Shown here: positions 19,937 through 31,319 of the stretch, in pieces
How positions within the stretch are numbered: the stretch's first letter is position 1
Layout of the letters: the number at the start of each line of letters is the position of its first letter
Source of the DNA: Candidatus Parcubacteria bacterium
Lineage (GTDB): Bacteria > Patescibacteriota > Minisyncoccia > Phycocordibacterales > CAIZLB01
Length of the DNA: 64,000 nucleotides
Assembly: GCA_039795875.1 (NCBI GenBank)
Contig: JBDKKY010000001.1
Location: forward strand, 750 to 64,749
Reading direction: 5' to 3'
The notes under the pieces: model-generated
The model's database searches: none
Told to the model about the DNA's origin: nothing
Seen by the model: only the letters and a program-made list of their open reading frames with translations
Translations under genes and position numbers: made by a program

Positions 19937-21280
19937 TTAATTCGTAATTAAATCAATATCAGCTTGTAACTTAAGGGCATGGGCCATAACTGAGTTTCCA
20001 TAGCTGGTATTTCCACTCACAGAGCCGCAGGCTTTGCCCGAATAGTATCGACAGGCCGCGTTTCGCTCAGCAGAGGCAGTCTGAGCACTAGCTCCAAGAT
20101 CCGCTACATAGAGAGCTGTCGCAGTGAAGGCATCTTGCGCATTCCAAGGGTTGGCTGTGCCCCCTCCCCCTCTGGCAGACACCACTCGAGCGGCGAACAT
20201 TTCCCATGTCGAAGGAATGAACTGTGATGGCCCCATAGCGCCTCCATATCCGATAGACAAAGGACAAGAAACGCGAGTTTTATATGGATCTTTGCCTAGG
20301 GCTTTGGTGATTCGCAAGAAAGGCTGAACATCTCGTGAAGGCTTCATCACGTTGGCCACAGCTTTGCCTGAGTTCGCCCCTACCCCTGCTCCTGTATCAG
20401 CGTCAGACAGATAACATGAACCGAGATTTGATCCGATATTGGTTTCTTGTTTCAAAATACCGAGAATAAATGCAGGCCGTACACCCGTGGCCGCTCCGGC
20501 GGCTTTGGCATATTTTACCGCATCCTCGAACTTGATAGAACCTGAGTCACGCAAAGCGAACAGTGCGTTCTTGATTTCATTTACTTTCTTTTGCTTTTCA
20601 TTGATCACCACATTGTACTCAGCTTTTTCTTTATTTTTTAAATTCAACAACCTCTGTTTTTCGGCCTCAGCTTTTTCTACAACTTTCTTTTTTTCTTCGA
20701 TTTGATATTTGGTATCATACTCTTCATTTCGTTTTTGGCCGAGAGAATCTTTTTCTTTTTCTTCGTCTTGCTTATCTTTATTGATATAACCGATCTCGTC
20801 TTTGATACGTGATTGTATGGATGTATATGCATCCATGTCTTGGAAAAAAGCTGACATCTCTTGCTGTGCCAGTAAGGCCTCAACCATAGTGTAGTTGTCT
20901 AACTCATAACTAGCCCGAATAATCTCAGCCAAACCCTCTCTACTGCGCACAATTCTACCCTGGAGAGTATTGATGTTTTTCTCTTTAGTGGTGATGTCTT
21001 TACCCAACTTGGCAATAGAAAGCTCTCGAGCTTTGATCTGTAGTTTGGCCTGCTGAATCTCAATCTCTAGGAGTTTCTTATCACGAGAAATAGAAGCCGC
21101 TTCACTTTCTAGCTTGCCGGTCTGAGTCTTTAAGCCAGCAATCTCAGCCTCGATCTTAGCCAATTCGGCCAGACAAGAGTCACGGTTCTCCGGTAAGTTA
21201 CAATCTAGAGACTGGGCACTAGCGAAAGTGAAAGCGGAAAAGATTGCAACAGCAAAGCCAATGGAAAAGACATATTTCAT
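19937..21280 (-). CDS. secreted coiled-coil protein with a C-terminal MltB-like lytic transglycosylase domain
   Basis: signal peptide, long coiled coil, then GAMGPSQFIPSTW (the GAMGQxQFMPS motif of the lytic murein transglycosylase B family). Confidence 0.6.
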   Translation of the reverse strand: MKYVFSIGFAVAIFSAFTFASAQSLDCNLPENRDSCLAELAKIEAEIAGLKTQTGKLESEAASISRDKKLLEIEIQQAKLQIKARELSIAKLGKDITTKEKNINTLQGRIVRSREGLAEIIRASYELDNYTMVEALLAQQEMSAFFQDMDAYTSIQSRIKDEIGYINKDKQDEEKEKDSLGQKRNEEYDTKYQIEEKKKVVEKAEAEKQRLLNLKNKEKAEYNVVINEKQKKVNEIKNALFALRDSGSIKFEDAVKYAKAAGAATGVRPAFILGILKQETNIGSNLGSCYLSDADTGAGVGANSGKAVANVMKPSRDVQPFLRITKALGKDPYKTRVSCPLSIGYGGAMGPSQFIPSTWEMFAARVVSARGGGGTANPWNAQDAFTATALYVADLGASAQTASAERNAACRYYSGKACGSVSGNTSYGNSVMAHALKLQADIDLITN

Positions 21281-21340
21281 ATATGAATATCATTATACCA
21301 GCTCCATCCATATATGCGAGTCCTGATATAGAGTAGGTGA

Positions 21341-21979
21341 CTAAGCCGTAGGTTCGTCTGCGCCCTCTTCATCCTTCTTACCTTTTTGATCAGACACTTC
21401 GATCGCAGTCATGTCTATCTCTGTAGCAGCCTCCTCTTCAACTTCTTCCTTGTGTTTAGCGGCCAAAACAATAACCTCATCTGCTCCTGTTAGGTATTTA
21501 ACACCTGGCAAGGCTGGTAGATCAGAAACAAGGATTTGATCCTCAACTTCTGCCAATTTTGCAAGATCAACTTCAATCTCGTGAGGAAGATCTTTTGCTT
21601 CAGCTTCAACTTCAACTTCGTGGAGAACTTTGACGAGATCGGCGTTGAGAGCTTTTACGGCATTTGATACTCCTGTAAAGATGATAGGAATATGTACGTG
21701 TAGTTTCTTTCCTTTCTCTACTACATAGAGGTCAGCGTGAAAAATATTTCCTTTTACAACATCTTTTTGGATATCGTGAATAAGAACATCTTGATCCTTA
21801 TCTAAGCCTTTCAGAGTAATAACTGAAGACTCTCCAGCATCTTTATATAATTTTGCAAATTCTTTTGTATCAACGGCAATCGGAGTTGACGGAAACTTTG
21901 CCCCATAGCAAACAGCCTTCATCTTGCCTGTCATATCAAGACCAGCCTCGATTTTCACCGCATTTAGTGTGTATGTCAT
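21341..21979 (-). CDS. rplY: 50S ribosomal protein L25 / general stress protein Ctc
   Basis: L25 N-terminal beta-barrel pattern plus an acidic C-terminal extension, as in the Ctc form. Confidence 0.8.
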   Translation of the reverse strand: MTYTLNAVKIEAGLDMTGKMKAVCYGAKFPSTPIAVDTKEFAKLYKDAGESSVITLKGLDKDQDVLIHDIQKDVVKGNIFHADLYVVEKGKKLHVHIPIIFTGVSNAVKALNADLVKVLHEVEVEAEAKDLPHEIEVDLAKLAEVEDQILVSDLPALPGVKYLTGADEVIVLAAKHKEEVEEEAATEIDMTAIEVSDQKGKKDEEGADEPTA

Positions 21980-22029
21980 AATGTACCGAAGTATACACTA
22001 ATTCTTGGATTTATCAACGTCTCTACCTA

Positions 22030-22713
22030 CTAATATCCAGTTGGTCCTAGGGCGTTCGTATCGTCGATAACACCTGTCGTATAGTTGTTGTTGAGGGACA
22101 CAGGGGGTGTTGTACCAACACTTATACCTTCAACTGAAGTATAGCCTGAGAAAGTTTTTTGGGTTTCTCGAGGAAAGGCAAATACGGCATTTGGAGACTT
22201 TGTCACTTCAGTTGCGGCTAGGTAGATAGGCTCTCCTACGTATGATTGACCCTCAAGATCGAAGACTGCTCCGGCGACCATATTACCCTCTGCTCCTTGT
22301 CCAACAGATTGACCAGCATCAGTGATATATACATAACAATATCCTTGACCAGCTAATGGATCTGGAGAAGGTGCGGAAGCTAGATATTTCTGAGACACAA
22401 GAATACCGAACAGTGTGTCATTATTGGTTTTAACCGCGCCTAGACAATCAAGCTGACCGCTGGGTAGTTTTGCATCGTCCCAAGTGTGGAACTGTGAGTT
22501 TGGCAGATATCCTCTATGATCAATCGAATACAAAGACAAAGCCTTTTCGATAGAATGGACTTCAGCTTGTCGTTTGGCATCTCGAGCTTTGGCCCGTGCA
22601 GTTGAAAGACTGGCACTGACAATAGAGGTTAAGAGACCGATGATGGCGATCACCACCAAAAGTTCGATGAGTGTAAATCCTTGTTGATTTGAACGATTTT
22701 TTAATTTCATCAT
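22030..22713 (-). CDS. type IV pilin / pseudopilin
   Basis: class III signal QQGFTLIELLVVIAIIGLL (prepilin cleavage and N-methylation motif). Confidence 0.85.
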   Translation of the reverse strand: MMKLKNRSNQQGFTLIELLVVIAIIGLLTSIVSASLSTARAKARDAKRQAEVHSIEKALSLYSIDHRGYLPNSQFHTWDDAKLPSGQLDCLGAVKTNNDTLFGILVSQKYLASAPSPDPLAGQGYCYVYITDAGQSVGQGAEGNMVAGAVFDLEGQSYVGEPIYLAATEVTKSPNAVFAFPRETQKTFSGYTSVEGISVGTTPPVSLNNNYTTGVIDDTNALGPTGY

Positions 22714-22726
22714 AGGTATATAAATA

Positions 22727-23050
22727 TTATAGTGTAGGGCTAATAATAGCTGGATTGACTCCGGAACTCTTGAATATTACAACTGTGGCGATGATCAATA
22801 ATATACAAATGCCGATCGTGACCGCCACGGCTTGATTTTCAGTTTTTACAAAGCCTTTGGTAACCAAGAATCGAATCATTGTTGGCACTTCAGGCTGACC
22901 GAGGATCTTCCGAGATCGTAGTTTGAATTTTGATTCATCAAAGGTAAGCTGGCCTGTTGATTGGCCTGGATTTGGCATTGTTTCAAATGTTGACATATAC
23001 CATAAGTCTACACCACAATATTTGACACCACAACTTGAATGCCTGGGCAT
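22727..23050 (-). CDS. hypothetical small protein with a C-terminal TM helix
   Basis: 107-aa ORF upstream of the pilin gene; start uncertain. Confidence 0.35.
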   Translation of the reverse strand: MPRHSSCGVKYCGVDLWYMSTFETMPNPGQSTGQLTFDESKFKLRSRKILGQPEVPTMIRFLVTKGFVKTENQAVAVTIGICILLIIATVVIFKSSGVNPAIISPTL

Positions 23051-23055
23051 AATAT

Positions 23056-24105
23056 ATGATAATCAATACTATGAACAAAATAAACTTCCTGGCCATCGGA
23101 GATACCGTAATCGATGCATTTATCAAGCTGACAACCGCTTCTGTACACGAAGATCCGCACGGAGAGAATAAAACTCTCTGTATGCCATTTGCGGAAAAGG
23201 TCCCTTTTGAGAGTGTGACCGAGATCCCGGCCGTTGGAAACAGTGCTAACGCCGCCGTATCCGCTGCCCGACTGGGACTATCGTCTGCCCTGCTCACTTG
23301 TTTGGGTGCTGATGAAAATGGAAAAAAATGTTTGGATCAATTTGCTGCGGAGAAAGTGGATGTATCTGAAGTAAACAGTATTCCAGGAAAAATTACCAAC
23401 TATCACTATGTGTTGTGGTACCAGAACGACCGGACCATTTTAATCAAGCACGAACTCTTTGAATATCATGTACCAATTATTGTGCCTGAATATATCTATC
23501 TCAGTTCACTTGGAGAAAACTCTCTGCCATTCCATCATGACATGGCTGCCTATCTGCAAGCACACCCAGAGGTAAAGTTGGTTTTCCAACCAGGCACATT
23601 TCAGATAAAGTTTGGGACGGATGAGCTGGCCGAGATTTACAAAAGGACTCATATCCTGTTTTGTAACAAAGAAGAAGCCATCCGGATTTTAAAATTGGAC
23701 GACAAAGCCGATCATGATATTAAACATTTGTTACTAGGATTACGGAATCTAGGAGTGCAGCTGCCTGTGATCACTGATGGTCCCTTTGGAGCTTATACAT
23801 ATGATACTGATATACGAGTTGTCGACAGCGCGACATTTGATGAATTGACACCTGTTGTGCACATGCCTATTTATCCTGATATCAAACCACCACTTGAGCG
23901 AACTGGTGCTGGTGATGCTTTTGCCTCTACATTTACCAGCGCATTGGCTTTGGGACGAACTATCACTGAAGCGTTGATGTGGGGATCTATCAACTCAATG
24001 TCAGTCTGCCAAGATATCGGCGCACAACGAGGGTTGCTGACTGAAGAGAAGATCGAAGCGTACATCAAAGTGGCACCAGAGGGTTGGGGTCCGGTAACGC
24101 TTTAA
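23056..24105 (+). CDS. PfkB-family carbohydrate/nucleoside kinase
   Basis: ribokinase-like fold signature TGAGDAFASTF near the C-terminus. Confidence 0.8.
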   Translation: MIINTMNKINFLAIGDTVIDAFIKLTTASVHEDPHGENKTLCMPFAEKVPFESVTEIPAVGNSANAAVSAARLGLSSALLTCLGADENGKKCLDQFAAEKVDVSEVNSIPGKITNYHYVLWYQNDRTILIKHELFEYHVPIIVPEYIYLSSLGENSLPFHHDMAAYLQAHPEVKLVFQPGTFQIKFGTDELAEIYKRTHILFCNKEEAIRILKLDDKADHDIKHLLLGLRNLGVQLPVITDGPFGAYTYDTDIRVVDSATFDELTPVVHMPIYPDIKPPLERTGAGDAFASTFTSALALGRTITEALMWGSINSMSVCQDIGAQRGLLTEEKIEAYIKVAPEGWGPVTL

Positions 24106-25112
24106 AGCGCAGCTTTTACAATATCCCCAGCATCAAGCTTATACTCTTTCATCAACTCTGCCGGTGTTCCTGATTGACCAAATCGATCATGTATCCCGAT
24201 TCTTTTAACTGGCTTTGGACATTGTTCAGATAAGATTTCACATACCAAGCTGCCAAATCCAGCAGCGATCTGATGCTCTTCTACTGTCACAACTTTTTGT
24301 GCATGTTTCGCATATGCAATCAGAGTTTTTTCATCAAATGGTTTTATCGTGTGAAAATTGATAACGACTACTTTTTTCCTGTGAGTCTTTTCCAGTTCGA
24401 TGCAGGCTTTGATAGCGTTAAACACCAGCGGGCCAGTGGCACAGATGAGCACGTCAAAATCGACTCCTTGGGTTACACCTTCAGTCATATATAAAATATT
24501 GGCTTTGCCAAAAACAAATGGAGTTTCTTCGGTGGTAATCACTGGTGTTTTTTCTCGAGCTAGGCGGATGTAGACAGATGATGTTACTTTTTTATCAAAT
24601 GCCGCAACAGTGGCTTTTCGTGCTTCGATGACGTCGCAAGGATAAATAATCTGCATGTTGGGAGTTACACGCATGAGGGCAATATCTTCAAGTGCCTGGT
24701 GGGATCCCCCATCAGGTCCGACAGAAAGTCCTGAGTGCGATCCTGCGATGATGACCTTGCGATCGTTATAGCAAATAGTGGTCCTGATCTGCTCCCAGTT
24801 ACGTCCTGGACTGAACATGGCATATGACGTTATAGCTGGCACCTTGCCCATAGCAGCCATTCCTGAGGCCACTGAGGCCATGTTTTGCTCAGCTACACCC
24901 ATCTCGACGAAGCGGTTGGGGAATTTCTTTTTAAATGCAGACATCTGCGTTGATTCTGTTAAATCGGCACATAGTCCTACTATAGATTCGTCCTTTTCCC
25001 CGGCCAACACAAAACCATCACCAAAACCTTTTCGCGTGTACACTTGCTCTACATCTTCGTCGAAAAGTTTTGGATTGAGGTTTGATGGGGCGTATAACAT
25101 ATATAGATACAT
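24102..25112 (-). CDS. transketolase C-terminal subunit (split transketolase, pyrimidine-binding plus C-terminal domains)
   Basis: FVEMGVAEQNMASVASGMAAMG, GSHSGLSVGPDGGSHQALEDIALMR; the N-terminal subunit gene is not adjacent. Confidence 0.8.
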   Translation of the reverse strand: MYLYMLYAPSNLNPKLFDEDVEQVYTRKGFGDGFVLAGEKDESIVGLCADLTESTQMSAFKKKFPNRFVEMGVAEQNMASVASGMAAMGKVPAITSYAMFSPGRNWEQIRTTICYNDRKVIIAGSHSGLSVGPDGGSHQALEDIALMRVTPNMQIIYPCDVIEARKATVAAFDKKVTSSVYIRLAREKTPVITTEETPFVFGKANILYMTEGVTQGVDFDVLICATGPLVFNAIKACIELEKTHRKKVVVINFHTIKPFDEKTLIAYAKHAQKVVTVEEHQIAAGFGSLVCEILSEQCPKPVKRIGIHDRFGQSGTPAELMKEYKLDAGDIVKAAL

Positions 25113-25334
25113 TATACATTAACAAGGGTGCGGACCAACTTTTTTGTGGTCACAGATAATCTCTTCGCCGTCGCTCAGATATTTGCTCGACCCTTACAGG
25201 GTCAGTACACCTTTTGGATCTTTTGCAGAGCAAAAGCTCTCAAAAGGTTTTACGCCTTGGGTCCCAACCCAAGACTCACCCGACTCGCCCGTTTTTCCAC
25301 AAGGAAAAACATGGCTCCGTCTCGCACATGTACG

Positions 25335-25364
25335 AAAAAAGAGCGGAACTATCCGCTCTTTTTT
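25335..25364. terminator. bidirectional intrinsic terminator downstream of tRNA-Ile
   Basis: AAAAAA-GAGCGG-aactat-CCGCTC-TTTTTT. Confidence 0.7.
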
Positions 25365-25370
25365 GTCATG

Positions 25371-25443
25371 TGCGCATGCTTGGGTTCGAACCAAGGACCT
25401 TTCGAGTATCAGTCGAATGCTCTACCAACTGAGCTACACGCGC
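25371..25443 (-). tRNA. tRNA-Ile (GAT)
   Basis: GCGCGTG acceptor, anticodon arm TTCGA-CTGATAC-TCGAA, T-arm CTTGG-TTCGAAC-CCAAG. Confidence 0.85.
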
Positions 25444-25669
25444 ATTATTCGTCTTCGTTCTCGGACCGCACGAAGCAGTCCTTCACTCATCCTCATAATG
25501 AAGAAGACAAGACATTCTCCGCGCTCCGACGCTTCACGATAGAAGCGCTGCGCGCATCGTCGTAAATGCCTACAGAGACGTGGACAATCTACAACGACGA
25601 ATAAACGATATTATACACAAAAACTGCCATTTGGCAATTTATTCTGATTTTAAATAGCTATTTTGGACC

Positions 25670-26272
25670 TTATTTAGCAACAGCTTTTTGTACGAAGAAC
25701 TTACCAGCGTCCTCCATTTCTGTCAAAGACTCACAGGCATTTGTTCCAGACAATCGGCCTGCATTTGTAGCAGTTGCCTTACCTCGTAGCTTAGGGTCAG
25801 ACTCTGTCGAACTTACAAGTTCACCCAATGAACCATATGTGTCAACTCGCTTCTTAATATACATCTCAACCGCAGTACGTGATTCTGCCCCACTGTCGGC
25901 AACAAAGACTTTGGTGTCTGATTTTGCGGGGAATGCCGGAGCTGACGCCGCATCTGTATACCAGGCAAATGTACATGAAGTATTTCTCTGTACTATGGCT
26001 GATCTACTATAATTACAAGCTGAACGCTCCATACATCCATCTCCACCTTGTCCTGGGACGTATCTACCTTGTCCTGGGACATATCCACCTTTTGTGACAT
26101 CACCTGATACAGCGCCTGCTGTAGGAGTTGTTGCAGTAGTAGGGTTATTTATCAATACTGCCTTAGTTGTGGCGGCTTGATTATCTTTATTGCTAATCGA
26201 TGTGCGTACACTGTAGACAATTGACGCTACAATAATTGCCAAAAGAACAACAATAGTTAATGTTTTTTTCAT
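25670..26272 (-). CDS. hypothetical signal-anchored secreted protein encoded in the 16S/tRNA-Ile spacer
   Basis: 200 aa; N-terminal TM LTIVVLLAIIVASIVY; contains a 21-nt tandem duplication encoding YVPGQG RYVPGQG. Confidence 0.5.
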   Translation of the reverse strand: MKKTLTIVVLLAIIVASIVYSVRTSISNKDNQAATTKAVLINNPTTATTPTAGAVSGDVTKGGYVPGQGRYVPGQGGDGCMERSACNYSRSAIVQRNTSCTFAWYTDAASAPAFPAKSDTKVFVADSGAESRTAVEMYIKKRVDTYGSLGELVSSTESDPKLRGKATATNAGRLSGTNACESLTEMEDAGKFFVQKAVAK

Positions 26273-26566
26273 ATACTAATATTGTATCACCTACTTCAAG
26301 AAAAAGAAAAAACCTTTATGAACATAATTCACACAGGTCTTTTCTCAACAAATAAGAATTTTCACAAATCAACGCTTGTTACAAGTTAAATAATTAAATC
26401 TATTATTTTGTTCTGTTTGGCCAGTCTTTCCTGGGGTCAAAATCTTTACGTGATTCCCACGCTCTAAATGCGACGAGTTAGAGTCTCGTTTATACAGTGC
26501 AAGCAAAGTATAAGAACGACCGCTATAAATTTTATACCCTCCCTAAAGAGGACATAAAACAGTTTT

Positions 26567-28110
<1,544 letters not shown>

Positions 28111-28554
28111 ACTCAAACAGAACAAAAGAAAGGATTCAATAAACTTAACTTAATAACTTGCGTTTTTTTGTGATGTATTCCTATTTAGTTTTCAAAAAAC
28201 AATCACAGAGTTCCCTCTATCTTTCTGATAGAAGTTCTTCTACTTTCCACAAGTGGAGTTAGAGGACACTTACTGCAATGGAACCAATTATACGCATATG
28301 GAAACCAAAGTCAAGCGTCTCATAGACTATTTTATCCTTATGATATAAGGGTTTTTTAGTGGTCTTTTTATTTGTCTTTAAAAGACCCTTATTTTACAGC
28401 GCTTTTATCCAAAAATAGTATCTAACTTTTAATTGGAGGCTCGTCGTAAGGGGTCACTTGATGTATTTGACAAGATTTTTGGGGTTGATATACTTACATC
28501 ATCTTCGGGACTTTCCCGCGACTCCACGAAAGTGGAGGCAATGACAAGGGCTCC

Positions 28555-28962
28555 TCAATTGAGGGGCTCTTGTTTTATATACAGACTTTCAAACTCTTTC
28601 TGTATGTTTCGCTTATCAAGTCGATCTACTTCGCCCAATTTATTCATTAACCTTCTATAATCCAGAACCCTGGCTTGATGCAGACAGACTCTAACCTCTT
28701 TTCCTTTTTGCCTAATAGGTACATACCAACTGCCACTTTTCGATTTAGAAGTCATAGGTAAGGTGAAATAAAAATTATGACTCAACTTAGTGTGTATATA
28801 CACAGGCCGAGCAAAGTTCTTACCCTTTCCATTAATTTCCTGTCCAACATTGTCGCCCATATTTGCCCACCAGATATCACCCTCTAAAACATATGGTGGT
28901 GCATGCCCCCGATCATGAATCTTCATCTTTAGTTTGATCCACTCCAAAAACCTTTTTATCAT
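28555..28962 (-). CDS. PemK/MazF-family endoribonuclease toxin-like protein (no apparent antitoxin gene)
   Basis: GDIWWANMG...GQEINGKGKNFARPVYIH, LPMTSKSK and QARVLDYRRL align with the Kid/PemK/MazF pattern (GEIW...G.E..G.RPV.I / P.TS / Q.R..D). Confidence 0.65.
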   Translation of the reverse strand: MIKRFLEWIKLKMKIHDRGHAPPYVLEGDIWWANMGDNVGQEINGKGKNFARPVYIHTKLSHNFYFTLPMTSKSKSGSWYVPIRQKGKEVRVCLHQARVLDYRRLMNKLGEVDRLDKRNIQKEFESLYIKQEPLN

Positions 28963-29057
28963 TGAATAAATATTAACAATAAATACCTCAAGGAAACCTT
29001 AGGGACTACCTAAGAAAATATAAATTTATTCCGTTCTTCCTGAACATATTCTGACTT

Positions 29058-29134
29058 TGGAGCCAATGGCCGGAGTTGAACCGGCGACCTACTCCTTACC
29101 ATGGAGTTGCTCTACCGCGCTGAGCTACATCGGC
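29058..29134 (-). tRNA. tRNA-Thr (GGT)
   Basis: GCCGATG acceptor, anticodon arm ACTCC-ATGGTAA-GGAGT, T-arm GCCGG-TTCAACT-CCGGC, CCA encoded. Confidence 0.85.
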
Positions 29135-29151
29135 GATGTATAGAATATACC

Positions 29152-29868
29152 CTAATCTCGTTTTCTTTCCAAATAGACACTAATCGTTCGTCTCTTAAAC
29201 GGCTTACCCTCTTTGGTGACGTGCTTATATGATTTGATCATTTTATGAATCACAAAATACGGTGCGAATAATTCCTCAATCTCAGTCTGGGTAAACACAT
29301 GCTCCAAAACTTTCAATCGCGGGTGTATATATGAATTGTGCTCTTTATCAGGTGTAGGATATTGCTTAATCATACGTTTAGCATTCTCATCGGCTTCAAG
29401 AACAAAGGTCTTTAAAAACATCCAGCCAAAAGGCTTCACCACACGAGACAATTCTTTAGCATAGGCCGCTCGAGATTTCTCATTGAGAAAATGCATAGTC
29501 ATCATATCCAAAACAATATCAACGGATTCATTTTCAAGCTCAAGCTTATCTCCTACTTTACCCTGCTTAAATACAAGGTTAGGCAGATGCAATGTCTCTA
29601 TAAACTTGTGTTTTGCCTGAGCTAAAGCCGTCTCTGAAATGTCTATCCCAAGACCTCCCATCTTAAATTCTTCACAAACATTGCCAATATTGCGTCCATT
29701 GCCACACCCAATATCCAAAACAAACCCGCCTTCAGGAAAAGGGTCCCATTCTGAGTTTCTTTTGGCCCACCGTACAAACGACAATAGGTCCTCTGCTGGA
29801 TCCTCTGATAACGTTAAGTGTTCACCGGTTTTATACTCTTTGTTCCAGAATTGTTGGGTCATTGACAT
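29152..29868 (-). CDS. class I SAM-dependent methyltransferase
   Basis: motif I VLDIGCGNGRN and an acidic motif II. Confidence 0.7.
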   Translation of the reverse strand: MSMTQQFWNKEYKTGEHLTLSEDPAEDLLSFVRWAKRNSEWDPFPEGGFVLDIGCGNGRNIGNVCEEFKMGGLGIDISETALAQAKHKFIETLHLPNLVFKQGKVGDKLELENESVDIVLDMMTMHFLNEKSRAAYAKELSRVVKPFGWMFLKTFVLEADENAKRMIKQYPTPDKEHNSYIHPRLKVLEHVFTQTEIEELFAPYFVIHKMIKSYKHVTKEGKPFKRRTISVYLERKRD

Positions 29869-29910
29869 CCTTTATACAACATTTTTTAAATTTGTGCTAT
29901 ACTCCCCTAC

Positions 29911-30705
29911 ATGTTAACTAAAGGACGTATACAATCTATAAGATCACTCTCTGAAAGAAAGCAACGAAATGCCAAGGGTGTTTTCGTGGTTGAAGGAGGT
30001 AAAAGTGTGGCTGAATTACTGATGACCGACCTTATTATCGAAGAATTGTACATCACTCACGAGTTTGCCAAGAAATACGAGACCGAATTGCACGCTGCCG
30101 GTAAGCGACAGGCTGAAGTCCAAAAATGGCTCAAGCCGCAACTGGTAGAAGCTGGTGAATTGAAACAGCTGAGCTCTCTTGAGGCTACTGACGGAGCATT
30201 GGCGATCGTAAAGCAACCAGCCAAGATTGAGATCGACATTGTGGAAGCAGCTAAGAAGGACATTGTACTTATACTTGAAGACATTCGAGATCCAGGAAAC
30301 TTGGGGACTATTATGCGTATTGCTGATTGGTATGGCGTTAAGAACATCTTTGCTTCTGTTGGAACAGTAGACATGTTCAACAACAAGACTATTATTGCCT
30401 CTATGGGCTCATTTGCTCGAGTCAATATTCAGTATGCCGAAGTGAAAGCGTTGATACAAAAATGTAACGAAAATAAAATTCTAACTATCGGTTCTGTTCT
30501 AGGAGGAAAAAGCTCTCACGAATATGCTTGGCCAAAAACGGGTGTGCTTGTTATTGGAAATGAAGCCAATGGTATTTACGAAGAAACACGATTTCTGTTA
30601 AAAAATACTGTGACCATTCCCTCATATGGAAAAGCTGAGTCCTTGAACGCGGGAGTTGCTACGGCTGTGTTGTTGGATGAGTGGAGACGAGCTGGCAGTA
30701 AGTAA
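29911..30705 (+). CDS. TrmH/SpoU-family RNA 2'-O-methyltransferase
   Basis: SPOUT motifs LILEDIRDPGNLGTIMRIADWYG, VIGNEANG, SLNAGVATAVLL. Confidence 0.85.
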   Translation: MLTKGRIQSIRSLSERKQRNAKGVFVVEGGKSVAELLMTDLIIEELYITHEFAKKYETELHAAGKRQAEVQKWLKPQLVEAGELKQLSSLEATDGALAIVKQPAKIEIDIVEAAKKDIVLILEDIRDPGNLGTIMRIADWYGVKNIFASVGTVDMFNNKTIIASMGSFARVNIQYAEVKALIQKCNENKILTIGSVLGGKSSHEYAWPKTGVLVIGNEANGIYEETRFLLKNTVTIPSYGKAESLNAGVATAVLLDEWRRAGSK

Positions 30706-30708
30706 TCT

Positions 30709-31278
30709 TTATCTTACCTTTGTAAAAGTAGAAGCAACATCTCTGAGTACGGTCAAATATTCAAATACGAACGGACTGTCGGCTTTCATGGAGCCATAGA
30801 TTGCAACTCCTAGCCCAGTATCCAATACCACCCTCACATCAGTATCTGCAGGGCTTTGTGTTGGACAAAGGAAGCGAATCTGCTGCTCCTTACCAGCTAT
30901 CGTAACTTTCTTAGGCGACAAACATTCCTTAAAATCTGAACCAAAACCTGTTGGCTTTGCAGTTATCGTAAATATGTATGGAAAACCTTCTTGAGAAAGG
31001 TACAGGGCATCCGGCACTTCTTCTACTTGCCAGTTTGAGGGATATTTAAATGAAAAGTTAGGAGTTGAGTAGAGCACCTGTGTTATGGGCACTGGCGGAT
31101 TATACAAAGGTTGATATGGTGTATCACTTCCTGTAACTGGAGTAGAGGTTGTCGATATAGTCATCGGTACAATAGGAGTCACATCCTTTCTCACATACCA
31201 ATACGTAACCCCAGCTGTTAGCGCAATAACAACAAGTAACATCAACAAAGTCCCTAAAAATCCTTTTTGGGTATTCAT
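30709..31278 (-). CDS. hypothetical N-terminally anchored protein
   Basis: 189 aa; TM LGTLLMLLVVIALTAGV. Confidence 0.5.
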   Translation of the reverse strand: MNTQKGFLGTLLMLLVVIALTAGVTYWYVRKDVTPIVPMTISTTSTPVTGSDTPYQPLYNPPVPITQVLYSTPNFSFKYPSNWQVEEVPDALYLSQEGFPYIFTITAKPTGFGSDFKECLSPKKVTIAGKEQQIRFLCPTQSPADTDVRVVLDTGLGVAIYGSMKADSPFVFEYLTVLRDVASTFTKVR

Positions 31279-31319
31279 GCATGTATTCTACTATATGTCG
31301 TGCTACGACGGAACCTTTG

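Noticed and set aside
25128-25565. ORFs 25128..25565, 25144..25542, 25194..25394 and 25214..25432 around tRNA-Ile
   Set aside because: They overlap the tRNA-Ile gene and its terminator; the FEPRTFRVSVECSTN-like peptide is tRNA-derived.
28433-28660. 75-aa plus-strand ORF overlapping the 3' end of the MazF-like gene, considered as a possible antitoxin
   Set aside because: It is antisense and convergent, lies within the rRNA leader region, and has no antitoxin-like fold (RHH/AbrB/Phd) recognisable.
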